From Longimicrobiales bacterium (GTDB lineage Bacteria; Gemmatimonadota; Gemmatimonadetes; Longimicrobiales; Gaopeijiaceae), in contig OY730414.1 of the NCBI GenBank assembly GCA_963422615.1, positions 2,154,302-2,218,301 on the forward strand: a stretch of DNA of 64,000 nt. Direction: 5' to 3'. How positions within the stretch are numbered: position 1 is the first letter of the stretch; each line of letters opens with the position of its first letter. Positions 32,961 through 43,504 of this stretch are shown in pieces. The notes under the pieces were generated by a model, which had not been told where the DNA came from, ran no database searches, and saw nothing but the letters and a program-made list of their open reading frames with translations. The position numbers and the translations under genes were made by a program.

Positions 32961-35900
32961 GGTACTCCGGAGCCCGGTCGGCCCCCGGGCTCTGCCCAGG
33001 ATTCGGCCGTCAGACCCAGTATCCCCGCCTCACCATCCAATGACACCTCCTTGCGAACGTCGAACTCGGGCGCCAGCTCCGGCGCAACATCCAGTGACAC
33101 AGCAAGGGTCTCCCGGCAAATGACTTGTCGGTGCGCACGCGCCGCCGAGCGAACGGAGGCACTTCCTCCGATACCCAGGCGGATGCGGTCCGTGACTCGA
33201 AGCCCCGACGCCCTCCTGAGGCGCTGGATTCGGTTGACGAGCTCCCGGGCCAGCCCCTCCCGCCGAAGCGCTTCCGTGAGAACCGCGTCCAGGGCCACCG
33301 TGTACTCCCCTTCCGACTGGACCACCCAGTCCCCCCGGGCTGTCTCCACCACCTCCAGGTCGTCCCGATGGAGGTCTCGCGGTTCCCCGCCCACGGAGAT
33401 GTGCAGGGAGGCTCCGCCCCGAAACGCCGCCAGATCCCCCGGGGCCAGCGCCCGGATCCGGGCCGCCGCCTCTTCCGTCCGTTCCCGGAAGCGCCGACCC
33501 AGGGACCGGTAGTTGGGGCGAGCGGAAAGGGTGACCATGCCCCGGGAGGAGCGGACGAACGCCACGGTCTTTACGTTGACCTCATCCAGGAGAAGCGGCA
33601 GGACATCCGCCAGGGGCGACGAACCCGGCCCCGCCTCCATGGAGGCGGAGACCGGGACCACCGCCAGGATGCGCTCCAGCGGTTGTCTCACCCGGAACCC
33701 CGCCCTTTCCCGGGCCGCCCGAGCCAGAGAGCACAGGCTCCGGACATGGGCCATTCGAAGCTCCAGCGCATCGTCAATGAGGCCCGTGGCCGCCCGCGGG
33801 AAGGGCTCCGTGTGGCTGGAGCGACCCGTCAGGGCCCGGTGCAGCCAGTCCGAAGTGAACGGCGTGACCGGCGCGATCAGCAGCGCGGTCATGCGCAATG
33901 CTTCGTAGAGCGTTGCAAAGGCCGCAGCCGAATCCTCCGGATCGGTATTGCCCCAGAAGCGAGGGCGGGCTCGGCGCACGTACCAGTTGGACAGATCGAC
34001 ATCCACAAAGGCGTTGACGAGCCGGTAGGCCCGGGTCGGATTATACCCGTCCAGCTCGGTCTTCACCCGGTCGGCCAAGCGGTGAAGCCGCGACAGCAGC
34101 CATCGGTCCAAGGGCGGGCGCAAAGCGGCTTCCGGTGTCGGACCGTGGGGTTCCCACCCCTCCACGTTGGCATATAGGGAAAAGAAGCGGTACACGTTGA
34201 AGAGGGTGTCGAAAAAGCGCGACGTGGATCCCCGGATTGCCTCCGGGTCGAAGCGGGTGGGGAGCCAGGGATTGCTGACGGTGATCATGTACCATCGAAC
34301 GCCGTCGGCCCCGTGATCAGCCACGGCGTCCCAGGGGTCCACAACGTTCCCCTTGGACTTGGACATCTTCCGGCCCTCGGCGTCCAGGATCATGTCGTTG
34401 ACGATCACGTTCCGAAAGGCGGAGCCCAGACCCAGGAGGGCCGAAATGGCGTGGAGGGAATAGAACCAGCCCCGGGTCTGGTCAACGGCCTCGCATATGA
34501 AATCCGCCGGGAAGTGACGGCGGTACATCTTCTCGTTCTCGAAGGGATAGTGCCACTGCGCCCAGGGCATGGCGCCCGAGTCGAACCACACGTCGATCAC
34601 CTCGGGCGCACGGCGCATGACGGCGCCGGTCCGGGGACACTTCCACGTCACCGCATCAATGAACGGACGGTGCGGATCGAAGTCGGGCGGCAGTCCCCCC
34701 GCCTTTTCCGCCAACTCGGCCAGGCTTCCGATCCACTCGACGCGATCCGGGTCTTCCTCGGAGATCCAGACCGGAAGGGGTGTTCCCCAGTAGCGGTCCC
34801 GGGAAAGCGCCCAGTCCACATTCCCCTTAAGCCACTCACCGAAGCGCCCCTCCCCCACCTCCGGCGGATGCCAAGCCACCTCGGCGTTGTTCTCCAGGAG
34901 CGTTTCCCTGAGCGCCGACGTGCGCGCGAACCAGCTGTGACGGGCCATGTACAATAGGGGCGTGTCGCAGCGCCAGCAGTGGGGATAGGCGTGGACTTCC
35001 CGTCCCGAAGCAAGGACCAGCCCCCGGGCTTGCAGATCTTCCACCAGGGGGCCATCGGCATCCTTGAAGAACATGCCCCCTACCAGGGGAAGGTGGGCAG
35101 CGAACTTTCCGTCTGCCCCGACCGGCTCCAGCACCGCCAGGCCGAAATCCTTCCCCGCTTGGTAGTCGTCGGCGCCGTACGCGGGGGCCATGTGCACGAT
35201 CCCGGACCCCTCCTCCGCGGACACGAAGTCCCCCGGGACGATCTCCTGAAGACGTCCCCGGATCCCCGCCTCCGGGATCAGCTCGAAGGGGCGCCGGTAC
35301 GGCTTGCCCACCAGATCCGCCGCCGCCACCGATCCCCGGATTCGGTCCGCTTCAAAAAGGACCTGGGCCCGACGCCGGGCCGCGATGATCCGCTTGCCGT
35401 CGTGGTCCACTTCCACGTATTCGATGGCCGGATTCACGGCCAAAGCCACGTTGGAGACGAGGGTCCAGGGCGTGGTGGTCCACACCAGGAGGTGTCGGCC
35501 CGACCCGTCCAGAAGCTCCAACGTTACGTACAGGGACGGGTCCTCAACGTCCCGGTATCCCAGGGAAAGCTCGTGCGACGAAAGCACCGTTTGGTCGGCC
35601 GGGCACCAGGGGACGACTTTGTGGCCTCTGTAGAGAAGATCCCGGTTGGCCATCTGCTTCAAAATCCACCAGACCGACTCCACGTATCCCGCATCACAGG
35701 TCACGTACGGCTTGGAGTAGTCCAGCCAGTAGCCGATGCGCTCCGAAAACCGCTCCCATTCGCCCTTGTACCTGAAAACGGAGGCCCGGCACTGTTCGTT
35801 GAACCACTGGATTCCCCGCTCCTCGATCTCTCCCTTGTCCTGGATGCCGAGCCGCTCCTGGGCTTCGATCTCCACCGGAAGGCCGTGGGTGTCCCAACCC

Positions 35901-36145
35901 GCAATCCGAGTGACATGCCTTCCCATCATGGTCTGATAGCGGCAGACCAGATCCTTGATCGCCCGGCTGATGATATGGTGGAGCCCAGGGCGCCCGTTGG
36001 CCGTGGGAGGACCTTCGTAGAAGACGAAGTCCTTGCCCCCTCGGGTGCCGTCAAGGGACGTTCGAAACGTGTCCTCCTCCCGCCACGTCCGGAGGACGGA
36101 GGTTTCGAGTTCGACCAGGGAAGCCGGCAAGGCGGGGTACGGCAT
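32957..36145 (-). CDS. ileS: Isoleucyl-tRNA synthetase, type 2
   Basis: YEGPPTANGRPGLHH, GWDTHGLPVE, WTTTPWTL, SRDRYWGTP, DQTRGWF and KMSKS. Long C-terminus without the IleRS1 zinc finger. Confidence 0.96.
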   Translation of the reverse strand: MPYPALPASLVELETSVLRTWREEDTFRTSLDGTRGGKDFVFYEGPPTANGRPGLHHIISRAIKDLVCRYQTMMGRHVTRIAGWDTHGLPVEIEAQERLGIQDKGEIEERGIQWFNEQCRASVFRYKGEWERFSERIGYWLDYSKPYVTCDAGYVESVWWILKQMANRDLLYRGHKVVPWCPADQTVLSSHELSLGYRDVEDPSLYVTLELLDGSGRHLLVWTTTPWTLVSNVALAVNPAIEYVEVDHDGKRIIAARRRAQVLFEADRIRGSVAAADLVGKPYRRPFELIPEAGIRGRLQEIVPGDFVSAEEGSGIVHMAPAYGADDYQAGKDFGLAVLEPVGADGKFAAHLPLVGGMFFKDADGPLVEDLQARGLVLASGREVHAYPHCWRCDTPLLYMARHSWFARTSALRETLLENNAEVAWHPPEVGEGRFGEWLKGNVDWALSRDRYWGTPLPVWISEEDPDRVEWIGSLAELAEKAGGLPPDFDPHRPFIDAVTWKCPRTGAVMRRAPEVIDVWFDSGAMPWAQWHYPFENEKMYRRHFPADFICEAVDQTRGWFYSLHAISALLGLGSAFRNVIVNDMILDAEGRKMSKSKGNVVDPWDAVADHGADGVRWYMITVSNPWLPTRFDPEAIRGSTSRFFDTLFNVYRFFSLYANVEGWEPHGPTPEAALRPPLDRWLLSRLHRLADRVKTELDGYNPTRAYRLVNAFVDVDLSNWYVRRARPRFWGNTDPEDSAAAFATLYEALRMTALLIAPVTPFTSDWLHRALTGRSSHTEPFPRAATGLIDDALELRMAHVRSLCSLARAARERAGFRVRQPLERILAVVPVSASMEAGPGSSPLADVLPLLLDEVNVKTVAFVRSSRGMVTLSARPNYRSLGRRFRERTEEAAARIRALAPGDLAAFRGGASLHISVGGEPRDLHRDDLEVVETARGDWVVQSEGEYTVALDAVLTEALRREGLARELVNRIQRLRRASGLRVTDRIRLGIGGSASVRSAARAHRQVICRETLAVSLDVAPELAPEFDVRKEVSLDGEAGILGLTAESWAEPGGRPGSGVP

Positions 36146-36160
36146 ATGGCTTCGGTGACG

Positions 36161-37057
36161 CTACCGGGGGGACCCGCCCAGCTGACGCACCACTCCGGCG
36201 ACCAAGCGCGTCAACGTCGGCACCGCAGCCGCGGCCGTAGAGACGATTTCCTCCACCCTGGTTTCCTCCAGGGCGTCGGGGAAGCACAGGTCGGTGATGA
36301 CCGCCAGGGCCAGAACGCGCATGCCCATGTGGCGCGCCGCAATCACCTCCGGGACCGTGGACATCCCGACGACGTCCGCGCCCATGGCCCGCAGCATGCG
36401 ATACTCGGCTCGGGTCTCCAGCTGGGGACCCGCAACCGCCACGTAGACCCCCCGGCGAAGCGGGATTCCCTGGGTCAGGGCCAGTGCGGCAGCCGTCTCC
36501 TGGAGCTGGACGTCGTAAGGAGCAGACATGTCGGGAAAGCGGGGGCCCAATTCGTCCACGTTGGGTCCGACCAAGGGGCTGTCCCCCATCAGGTTCACGT
36601 GGTCGTCCAAAAGCACCACGTCACCGGGCGCCCACAGGGAGTTCATCCCGCCACAGGCCGCCAGCACGACGAGGGTGTCGGCCCCCAAAAGTCTCATCGT
36701 GCGCACCGGGAAGACGACTTCCCGCATCGAGTGGCCCTCGTAGCGGTGCAATCTCCCCAGCATGGCCGAAACCGGCACGCCTTCCAATGTGCCTAGAAGG
36801 AGCCTGCCGGGGTGACTCTCCACCCCGGGGCTGCAAACGTGGGGCAGTTCCTCGTACGGGATTTCCGCCTCCGGGACGATGGCCCGGGCCACGCCGCTCA
36901 ACCCCGTGCCCAAGACAATTCCAACCCGGGGCCGAAGTTCGCACCTACGCCGGACCGCGCCCGCCGCCTCTAGGAGACGGGCCATCTCCCCGTGTGCCCC
37001 GTCCATTGAAGGCGTATCCGAACCGTCCCTCTCCCCGGGTGGCGAAGCCCGGTTCAC
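36161..37057 (-). CDS. punA: Purine-nucleoside phosphorylase (trimeric type)
   Basis: IVLGTGL, GRLHRYEG, GPQLETRAE and VGMSTVPE. True start may be about 75 nt downstream. Confidence 0.92.
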   Translation of the reverse strand: MNRASPPGERDGSDTPSMDGAHGEMARLLEAAGAVRRRCELRPRVGIVLGTGLSGVARAIVPEAEIPYEELPHVCSPGVESHPGRLLLGTLEGVPVSAMLGRLHRYEGHSMREVVFPVRTMRLLGADTLVVLAACGGMNSLWAPGDVVLLDDHVNLMGDSPLVGPNVDELGPRFPDMSAPYDVQLQETAAALALTQGIPLRRGVYVAVAGPQLETRAEYRMLRAMGADVVGMSTVPEVIAARHMGMRVLALAVITDLCFPDALEETRVEEIVSTAAAAVPTLTRLVAGVVRQLGGSPR

Positions 37058-37782
37058 GCGGGCCGCTCCCCGAAAAGCGAAACCCCCAGGCGGACCATCG
37101 TGCTTCCCTCCTCCACGGCCACGGCGTAGTCGTTGGACATCCCCATCGAGAGTTCCCGAGCTTCGAATCCGGAGATCTTCGAGACCGCTGCCAGGATCTC
37201 CCTCGCCCCCCGAAACGTCCGCCGAAGCGTGACCTCATCCTGGGTAAACGGGGCCATCACCATCAAACCCAAGGGGCGCAGCCCCTCCAGCTCCGCCACC
37301 GCGCCGCACCCGTCCAAGGCCTCTTCTGTCCGAAAGCCACCCTTGGTGGCCTCTCCCGAAGTGTTGACCTGCACCAAAGCGGGGACCCGCTGCCGTTTCG
37401 CCTCTCCGATCCGAGACAGTCGTTGGGCAAGGCGGAGGGAGCCAACGCTGTGAATCAGGCCGGCCAGCGCAGCCGCCCGGGCCGCCTTCCGACGCTGCAC
37501 GTGACCGATCATGTGCCAGCTCACATCCCGCCCACCGAACATCGGCACCTTTCGCTCCAGCTCCTCCACGCGGTTCTCCCCGATGTGCGTCAGTCCGGCT
37601 TCCAGAGCCGCCTCCACGGCTGCAGCGGGATGGCCCTTGGTGACCGCGACGATCCGCACCGATGAATCACCACGTCCGGTCCGTTCTGCGGCCGCGGCAA
37701 TCCGATCCCGAACCCGGGGCAACCGATCCAGGATCCCGCGAAGATACGCCGGCCCACCGTCTTCCCCGTTTTTCGCAACCAC
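37054..37782 (-). CDS. yggS: YggS/PLPBP pyridoxal phosphate homeostasis protein
   Basis: VAVTK, GENRVEE, WHMIGHVQ, LSMGMSND and TMVRLG. Confidence 0.95.
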   Translation of the reverse strand: MVAKNGEDGGPAYLRGILDRLPRVRDRIAAAAERTGRGDSSVRIVAVTKGHPAAAVEAALEAGLTHIGENRVEELERKVPMFGGRDVSWHMIGHVQRRKAARAAALAGLIHSVGSLRLAQRLSRIGEAKRQRVPALVQVNTSGEATKGGFRTEEALDGCGAVAELEGLRPLGLMVMAPFTQDEVTLRRTFRGAREILAAVSKISGFEARELSMGMSNDYAVAVEEGSTMVRLGVSLFGERPA

Positions 37783-37813
37783 TTACCTTCAAGCCCTATA
37801 GAAAACGGTCAAT

Positions 37814-37858
37814 ACGGGAACGCCCCGCCAACCCACGGCCAGCGGGGCCCGTTTCCGT
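37814..37858 (-). terminator. GC-rich imperfect hairpin downstream of tonB
   Basis: Inverted repeat ACGGGAACGCCCCGC...GCGGGGCCCGTTTCCGT; the U-tract is weak. Confidence 0.4.
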
Positions 37859-37908
37859 GCCTGTCCCCAAAAGAATTCGCCTACTCCGCCCGGTCTGCGG
37901 GAGGGTCG

Positions 37909-38592
37909 TTACCTTGTGGTAAAGGTTACCGGTAGGGCAATCCAAACCGGCACCACCTTGTCCCGGTTCATGGCTGGCGTGAACCTGAACACCGGCGCCA
38001 CCCGAAGCGCCGCTTCGTCCAAGGCCGCGTGGCCCGAACTGGTCTCCACTCGCTGGTTCGCGACTCTGCCCTGTTCGTTTATGAAAAACCAGACGAGAAC
38101 CGTGCCTCCGATGCCGGCATCCCGAAGCAGCGGCGGGTACTCCCTTTCCAAGGCTCGTCTTACTTCGTCTGCGTTCGTGTAGTCGGGGCTAACGGTCATG
38201 GGCGTGAAGACGGGCGCTGCGGAAATGTCTGTCTTCACCTCGTCCGGCGGTGGAGGCAGGGTTTCCGGGGGATTTTCATGGAAGGTGGTCGGGGCAATCG
38301 TGATGTCCTCTTCAATGGTCGCGTCGGCAATCACGGGTGTGGCCGGACGGGAAATGGCCTCCGGAGGCGGCGGAATTTCAATTTTGTCCGGCAGCTCAAT
38401 GGCCTCAATTTCCGTGACATTGACGCTCACGTCTTCGGCTTGCAGGGTGGGCCAGAAGGCGAAGATCATGAAGTGAAGGACGGTTGCCATGGTCATGGAT
38501 CCCCAGAACCAAGACGAGAACGACTGCTTCAACCGGTCGTTGGCGGTAGCGTCGCCCTGTGCACGCTGGGCTGATTGGGTCTGCTCGCTCAT
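37909..38592 (-). CDS. tonB: Energy transducer TonB
   Basis: N-terminal TM helix with conserved His, Pro-rich linker, YPPLLRDAGIGG, SSGHAALDEAA and FTPA. Confidence 0.92.
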   Translation of the reverse strand: MSEQTQSAQRAQGDATANDRLKQSFSSWFWGSMTMATVLHFMIFAFWPTLQAEDVSVNVTEIEAIELPDKIEIPPPPEAISRPATPVIADATIEEDITIAPTTFHENPPETLPPPPDEVKTDISAAPVFTPMTVSPDYTNADEVRRALEREYPPLLRDAGIGGTVLVWFFINEQGRVANQRVETSSGHAALDEAALRVAPVFRFTPAMNRDKVVPVWIALPVTFTTR

Positions 38593-39035
38593 CTTCTCTC
38601 CCTTGTCATGCGTTGTTCCAGCTCGGTCGCGAATACGACCCGGTACACGCCGGCTGCCACCAGCTCCTGTTGCACCAAGTCAATATATCGATAGGGAACG
38701 GAACGGTCGGAACGAACGGAAATCACCAGATTCCGGTTATCCCGGTAAAGCGGCGCGACGATGGTCCTGACGTCGTTCATCTCCCGGAGATCATCGTTGA
38801 TGTAAACATCACCACTGGGCTCGACCCAGATGTTCAAGATGTTCTTCTGTTTTTCGTCGATCTTCTCCGTGGCCGAGGCCTCCGCCCACTCTATGGGGCG
38901 ATCCTTGTCGTTCTGGAAGACCGTCGAGACCATGAAGAAGATGAGGAGGAGAAACGCGATGTCGGCCATCGACGAAGAGGGAATCTCCTGTGAAGCCTTT
39001 GCCTTCCGTTCCAGCCCACCGGATCTCATACCCAT
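38589..39035 (-). CDS. exbD: Biopolymer transport protein ExbD/TolR
   Basis: SSMADIAFLLLIFFMV. Confidence 0.9.
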   Translation of the reverse strand: MGMRSGGLERKAKASQEIPSSSMADIAFLLLIFFMVSTVFQNDKDRPIEWAEASATEKIDEKQKNILNIWVEPSGDVYINDDLREMNDVRTIVAPLYRDNRNLVISVRSDRSVPYRYIDLVQQELVAAGVYRVVFATELEQRMTRERR

Positions 39036-39041
39036 CGTAAA

Positions 39042-39464
39042 CTACTCCAAGATCTGAAGTGAAATACGCTCTGCACCCGCGGTTTGGAGCGCGTCAAGAA
39101 CGTCAATCATGAAGCGGTAGGGCGTATCGGGATGGTTCTTGACCGCGGCGATGAGGTTGGGGTTCTCGGCCACATCCTGCCGCCAAATGGCTTCCACGGC
39201 GTCGGGGCGAACGGTTTGCTCTTGCTGGCTTTCGCCCCGTTTTATGGTGACGGATCCCGTGGGGTTGACGATGATGTGCAGGATATTCTTCTGACTGACC
39301 TCCACCGTCGATTCGCTCTCGGGCAGAACGATGGCAAGTCCCTTGTCCTTCGGGAACGTGGTCGTCACCAAGAAGAAGATGAGGAGGAGAAACGCGATGT
39401 CGGCCATCGACGAGGAGGGAATCTCGTCGGAGACCTTGGATTTCTTGCCGCCCAGTACCGCCAT
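39042..39464 (-). CDS. exbD: Biopolymer transport protein ExbD/TolR
   Basis: SSMADIAFLLLIFFLVTT. Confidence 0.9.
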   Translation of the reverse strand: MAVLGGKKSKVSDEIPSSSMADIAFLLLIFFLVTTTFPKDKGLAIVLPESESTVEVSQKNILHIIVNPTGSVTIKRGESQQEQTVRPDAVEAIWRQDVAENPNLIAAVKNHPDTPYRFMIDVLDALQTAGAERISLQILE

Positions 39465-39566
39465 TTGGCTTGACCTCCGCTTGTTTAGTAACTGTGGTCT
39501 ACCGGTCTACTCTTGACGGCCCGCCGGGGTTCCTCGCCATTTCGGGAGTGCACCCCGGGGAACCGC

Positions 39567-40232
39567 TTACGCCCCGCTGACAACCTTCAACGTCCCTCCC
39601 CGCTCCAGGTCCCAAGCAATGTTCAGGATCTTCTGGGTGCTCTCTTCCATGTCCACGATGAGCCGGTCAATCCTGGTGACAAAGAAATTGTAACCGATGT
39701 TGACCGGAATCGCGATGGTCAGACCGGCCGCGGTGGTGAGCAGGGCCACTTTGATCCCGCCGGCCACCAGCGAAGGATCCACGGTCCCCGCCGATTCGAT
39801 GGAAGCAAAAGCCAGGATCATCCCGGCCACGGTACCCAAAAAGCCCATCAAGGGGGCCACGTTGGCAATCGTCGCCAAGATCACCAAGCCCCGCTCCAGA
39901 AAGCTGACCTCTATGGCTCCGGTGGTGGAGATTACCTGCTCCAACTCCCCTTCGCTCACCCTCTTACTCCTGATTCGGCGGATGCCAGCCAGCAGAATGG
40001 CCGCGGCGGGCCCTGGGGTCGCAGCGGCAATTTCCGCCGCAGCATCCAGGTTGCCGGCCATGGCCGCCTCTTCGACCCCCTCGATTACCGACACCGTCTC
40101 CCGGTGGGCAATCCACAAGGTCCAGGCCTTGGCGATGATCACGCCTAGGGCAATCAGAGAGCAGACCACGAGAGGGTACATCATGAGACCCCCGTCTGCG
40201 AAGAGCGTGCGGAGTTGGTAGCTGTTGCTCAA
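39567..40232 (-). CDS. exbB: MotA/TolQ/ExbB proton channel
   Basis: APLMGFLGTVAGMI and GGIKVALLTTAAGL. TTG start with GGAG RBS. Confidence 0.92.
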   Translation of the reverse strand: MSNSYQLRTLFADGGLMMYPLVVCSLIALGVIIAKAWTLWIAHRETVSVIEGVEEAAMAGNLDAAAEIAAATPGPAAAILLAGIRRIRSKRVSEGELEQVISTTGAIEVSFLERGLVILATIANVAPLMGFLGTVAGMILAFASIESAGTVDPSLVAGGIKVALLTTAAGLTIAIPVNIGYNFFVTRIDRLIVDMEESTQKILNIAWDLERGGTLKVVSGA

Positions 40233-40314
40233 GGTCGTGACTCCAGGTTGATCCGTCGTCGGTGATCCGTCGTCATGGAAAGCGGTTCGGGTTCCACGGA
40301 TGGGAACCGGCGCT

Positions 40315-40343
40315 AATGTAGGCGCCCCCGTCCCCAACGTCAA
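40315..40343 (-). promoter_or_regulatory. Sigma70-type promoter of the exbB-exbD-exbD-tonB operon
   Basis: Minus strand TTGACG, 17-bp spacer, TACATT. Confidence 0.7.
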
Positions 40344-40599
40344 CCAAAACGTGTACCGTCACAACGTAAGCCATCGCCGGAGATCGCGCATCCCCAAAGA
40401 GGGGCTTCGCCGCTCCCCGACCCGGGGGCTGGACGACCGGAGCCACCTTGACCCTTCGCGGCTGGGAGAAAAACGGCACATCGGACTCCGGAGCGATCCA
40501 TAAGGCCGCGCGCATAAGGATGACCCGGCGGCGCACCTTTCGCTTCCTGTTATTGTAGATCGCCAGACACGAAGCAACCGACGTTTAGGATGTGGCGGA

Positions 40600-41439
40600 G
40601 TGGTGGAAACCGGGGAGAGCGAAGCCGTGGACGGATTCCTCCAGCAGCTTCATTTTCTGAGGCCGGGGTGGGGCGACTTGGCGGAGATTCTCTTCGTCTC
40701 CCTCCTCATCTACAGGATTTTGTTGCTCATTCGGGAAACGCGGGCCGTACAGATGCTCCTGGGCATCGTGCTTCTCGCGGGCGTGTATCTGCTGGCGGTC
40801 ATCTTGGACTTCTCCGTCGTACGCCGCCTCATCGAAGCCCTTCTCCAGTACGGCGCCATCGCGGCTCTCGTGGTGTTCCAACCGGAGATGCGCGCGGCTC
40901 TCGCCCGACTGGGGCAGAGCCGGTTCATGAGGGTATTGGGATCTACGCGGGAAACCCGGATCGTGGACCGTCTTGTGGAAAGCGCAGTGGAGCTCTCTCA
41001 TGCCCGAAGGGGAGCGATCCTCGCCATTCAGCAAGAAACCGGGCTGCGGGAGTACGCCCAATCGGGCAGCAGGGTGGAAGCCCGGCTTTCGCCCAAGCTC
41101 CTGGGGGCCATCTTCGCGCCGGAGTCGCCCCTTCACGACGGCGCCGCGATCATTGTCGGCGACACGATCCACGCCGCCCGCGTGATCCTGCCCCTGACTC
41201 AGAAACCGGTCCGGGACCGATCGCTGGGCACCCGACACCGGGCAGCCCTGGGGCTGAGCGAAGAAACCGACGCCATCGTGATCGTTGTGAGCGAGGAAAC
41301 CGCCCGGATCTCCGTCGCACACCGGGGAAGAATCAAGATCGGGTTGAGCGCGGATGCGCTCAGGGGGACGCTCACGCGCTTGATTCGCCCGGCGGCGGGG
41401 CCCGGTTTGGAAGCGACGCCGACGCTGGAGCGGGCCTAG
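40600..41439 (+). CDS. cdaA: Diadenylate cyclase CdaA/DacA
   Basis: Three TM helices, VVFQPEMR, SPLHDGA, LGTRHRAALG and VSEETA. Confidence 0.95.
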   Translation: MVETGESEAVDGFLQQLHFLRPGWGDLAEILFVSLLIYRILLLIRETRAVQMLLGIVLLAGVYLLAVILDFSVVRRLIEALLQYGAIAALVVFQPEMRAALARLGQSRFMRVLGSTRETRIVDRLVESAVELSHARRGAILAIQQETGLREYAQSGSRVEARLSPKLLGAIFAPESPLHDGAAIIVGDTIHAARVILPLTQKPVRDRSLGTRHRAALGLSEETDAIVIVVSEETARISVAHRGRIKIGLSADALRGTLTRLIRPAAGPGLEATPTLERA

Positions 41440-41469
41440 CGGGCCTGAAGTTCTTACCCGGGGGCGTCC

Positions 41470-43458
41470 TTATCCTGGTTGCGGCAGCGGATTCGGGTTC
41501 CCCAGCCCAGACGTAGGCTTCGCCAGAACCTTGGCATCGGCCCCCGGCAGGGAGGGCTGCTGTTCGGTCTCATATTCCTCGGCCGGAGGGGGGAGCTCCC
41601 TTCCCTCCTTGAGAATCCCGATTTCTTCGCCACCTAGGGTTTCCCGCTCCAAGAGGGCCCCGGCGATCGCTTCCAGAAGGTTCCGGTTCTCTTCCAGAAC
41701 CTTCCTCGCTCGGTTGTGCGCCGCATCCAAAATGCGCTTCACCTCTTTGTCCACTTGCTGCGCCGTGTGCTCCGACACCTCCCTGCGCTGAACCAGCTCC
41801 CTGCCCAGGAAAACCTCCTGGTCCGAATCTCCCACGGCAACCAGGCCGATCCGGTCCGACATGCCGAAGCGCGTGACCATCCGCCGGGCCATGGCAGTAG
41901 CCCGCTCAATGTCGTTTCCGGCCCCGGTGGTCACCTTTTCAGGACCGAAGATCATCTCCTCGGCGACCCTGCCGCCAAACAGCATAGCCAGCTGGCCGTT
42001 CATCCAGTCCAGGGTGTAGGAGTGGCGGTCCTCTTCCGGAAGGGAGGCGGTGATTCCCAAAGCCCGCCCCCTGGGAACGATGGTGACCTTGTGGACCGGA
42101 TCCAGACCCGGAATTTTGACGCCGATAACGGCGTGGCCGGCTTCGTGGTACGCGGTCAGCTTCCGCTCGGCGTCCGTGAGCACCATGCTCCTTCGCTCGG
42201 TTCCGAGCATGACCTTGTCCTTGGCTTCTTCGAAGTCCTGCATGGCCACCTGGTCCACGCCCCGGCGCGCGGCGAACAGGGCGGCTTCGTTGCAGATGTT
42301 GGACAGATCGGCCCCGCTGAGCCCCGGCGTCCCCCGGGCGACCACGGACAGCTCCACATCTTCCTTCAACGGAAGGCTCTTGGCGTGGACCCGAAGGATC
42401 CCCTCCCTGCCCTTCACGTCCGGCAGGTCCACCACGACCTGGCGGTCGAAGCGGCCCGGACGGAGGAGGGCGGGATCAAGGACATCGGGGCGGTTGGTGG
42501 CGGCCAGGAGAATGACCCCCTTGTTGGCCTCGAAACCATCCATTTCCACCAACAGCGCGTTCAGGGTCTGCTCCCGCTCGTCGTGCCCCCCTCCCAACCC
42601 CGCTCCCCGGTGGCGCCCAACGGCATCAATCTCGTCGACAAAGATGATGCACGGCGCGTGGACCTTCCCCTGTTCGAAGAGATCCCGGACCCGGGAGGCC
42701 CCCACCCCGACGAACATCTCCACGAAGTCGGAACCGGACATCTGGAAGAAGGGGCGTCCGGCTTCGCCAGCGACGGCCCGGGCCAGGAGGGTCTTGCCGG
42801 TACCCGGGGGACCGACCAGGAGAACCCCCTTGGGAAGACGACCGCCCAGTCGGGAGAACATGCCCGGGTCCTTCAGGAACTCGATGATCTCCTCCAGCTC
42901 CCCCTTCGCCTCGTCGGCGCCGGCGACATCCTTGAACGTTACCTTGGACGTGTCCGGACTGAAGAGCTTGGCCCGGGAACGCCCGAACTGAAATGCCCGG
43001 TTCCCGCCGCTCTGCATTGAGCGGAAAATCCATATCCAGAAGGCGAGAAAGAGGAGGATGGGAAGGGCGGAGATCATCACCCTCCCCCACCCTGTGGAGG
43101 TTGGCTTGGCCATCATCTCGACGCCCCCCGCCATCATGCTGTCGACCAGGGATTGGGCAACGCCGGGAACCAGACCGGTGACGAACTCGCTAATCTCCGA
43201 ATCCGACACGAGGAGAGGGTTCTCGAATTCCCCCTTGACCCGCTCTTCGCCGAAAAACGTGACTTTCCGGACATTGCCGTTCCGCAGCTGCTCGTAGAGC
43301 TCGGACAGGCCGATCTCCCCGTTGGCCCTGCCGTCTCCGCGCATGAACTGGAACGCCAGAACCGACATGAGAACGAGGAGGATCCAGAGCGAAGCCGAGC
43401 GCGACACCTGCTTCAGCTTCGGAGGGGAACCTTTCTGGGGAGGGGTCTGTTCAGACAT
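41470..43458 (-). CDS. ftsH: ATP-dependent zinc metalloprotease FtsH
   Basis: Two TM helices, [22 protein letters not shown] and AYHEAGH. Confidence 0.97.
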   Translation of the reverse strand: MSEQTPPQKGSPPKLKQVSRSASLWILLVLMSVLAFQFMRGDGRANGEIGLSELYEQLRNGNVRKVTFFGEERVKGEFENPLLVSDSEISEFVTGLVPGVAQSLVDSMMAGGVEMMAKPTSTGWGRVMISALPILLFLAFWIWIFRSMQSGGNRAFQFGRSRAKLFSPDTSKVTFKDVAGADEAKGELEEIIEFLKDPGMFSRLGGRLPKGVLLVGPPGTGKTLLARAVAGEAGRPFFQMSGSDFVEMFVGVGASRVRDLFEQGKVHAPCIIFVDEIDAVGRHRGAGLGGGHDEREQTLNALLVEMDGFEANKGVILLAATNRPDVLDPALLRPGRFDRQVVVDLPDVKGREGILRVHAKSLPLKEDVELSVVARGTPGLSGADLSNICNEAALFAARRGVDQVAMQDFEEAKDKVMLGTERRSMVLTDAERKLTAYHEAGHAVIGVKIPGLDPVHKVTIVPRGRALGITASLPEEDRHSYTLDWMNGQLAMLFGGRVAEEMIFGPEKVTTGAGNDIERATAMARRMVTRFGMSDRIGLVAVGDSDQEVFLGRELVQRREVSEHTAQQVDKEVKRILDAAHNRARKVLEENRNLLEAIAGALLERETLGGEEIGILKEGRELPPPAEEYETEQQPSLPGADAKVLAKPTSGLGNPNPLPQPG

Positions 43459-43504
43459 CCTTAACCTGTTTTCGTCCTTGTTCGCCGCCGAACCCACGAT
43501 CGCG

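Noticed and set aside
38930..39425. Near-identical DNA stretch repeated at about 38930-38985 and 39370-39425
   Set aside because: It is the conserved transmembrane segment of the two exbD paralogs, an ordinary gene duplication.
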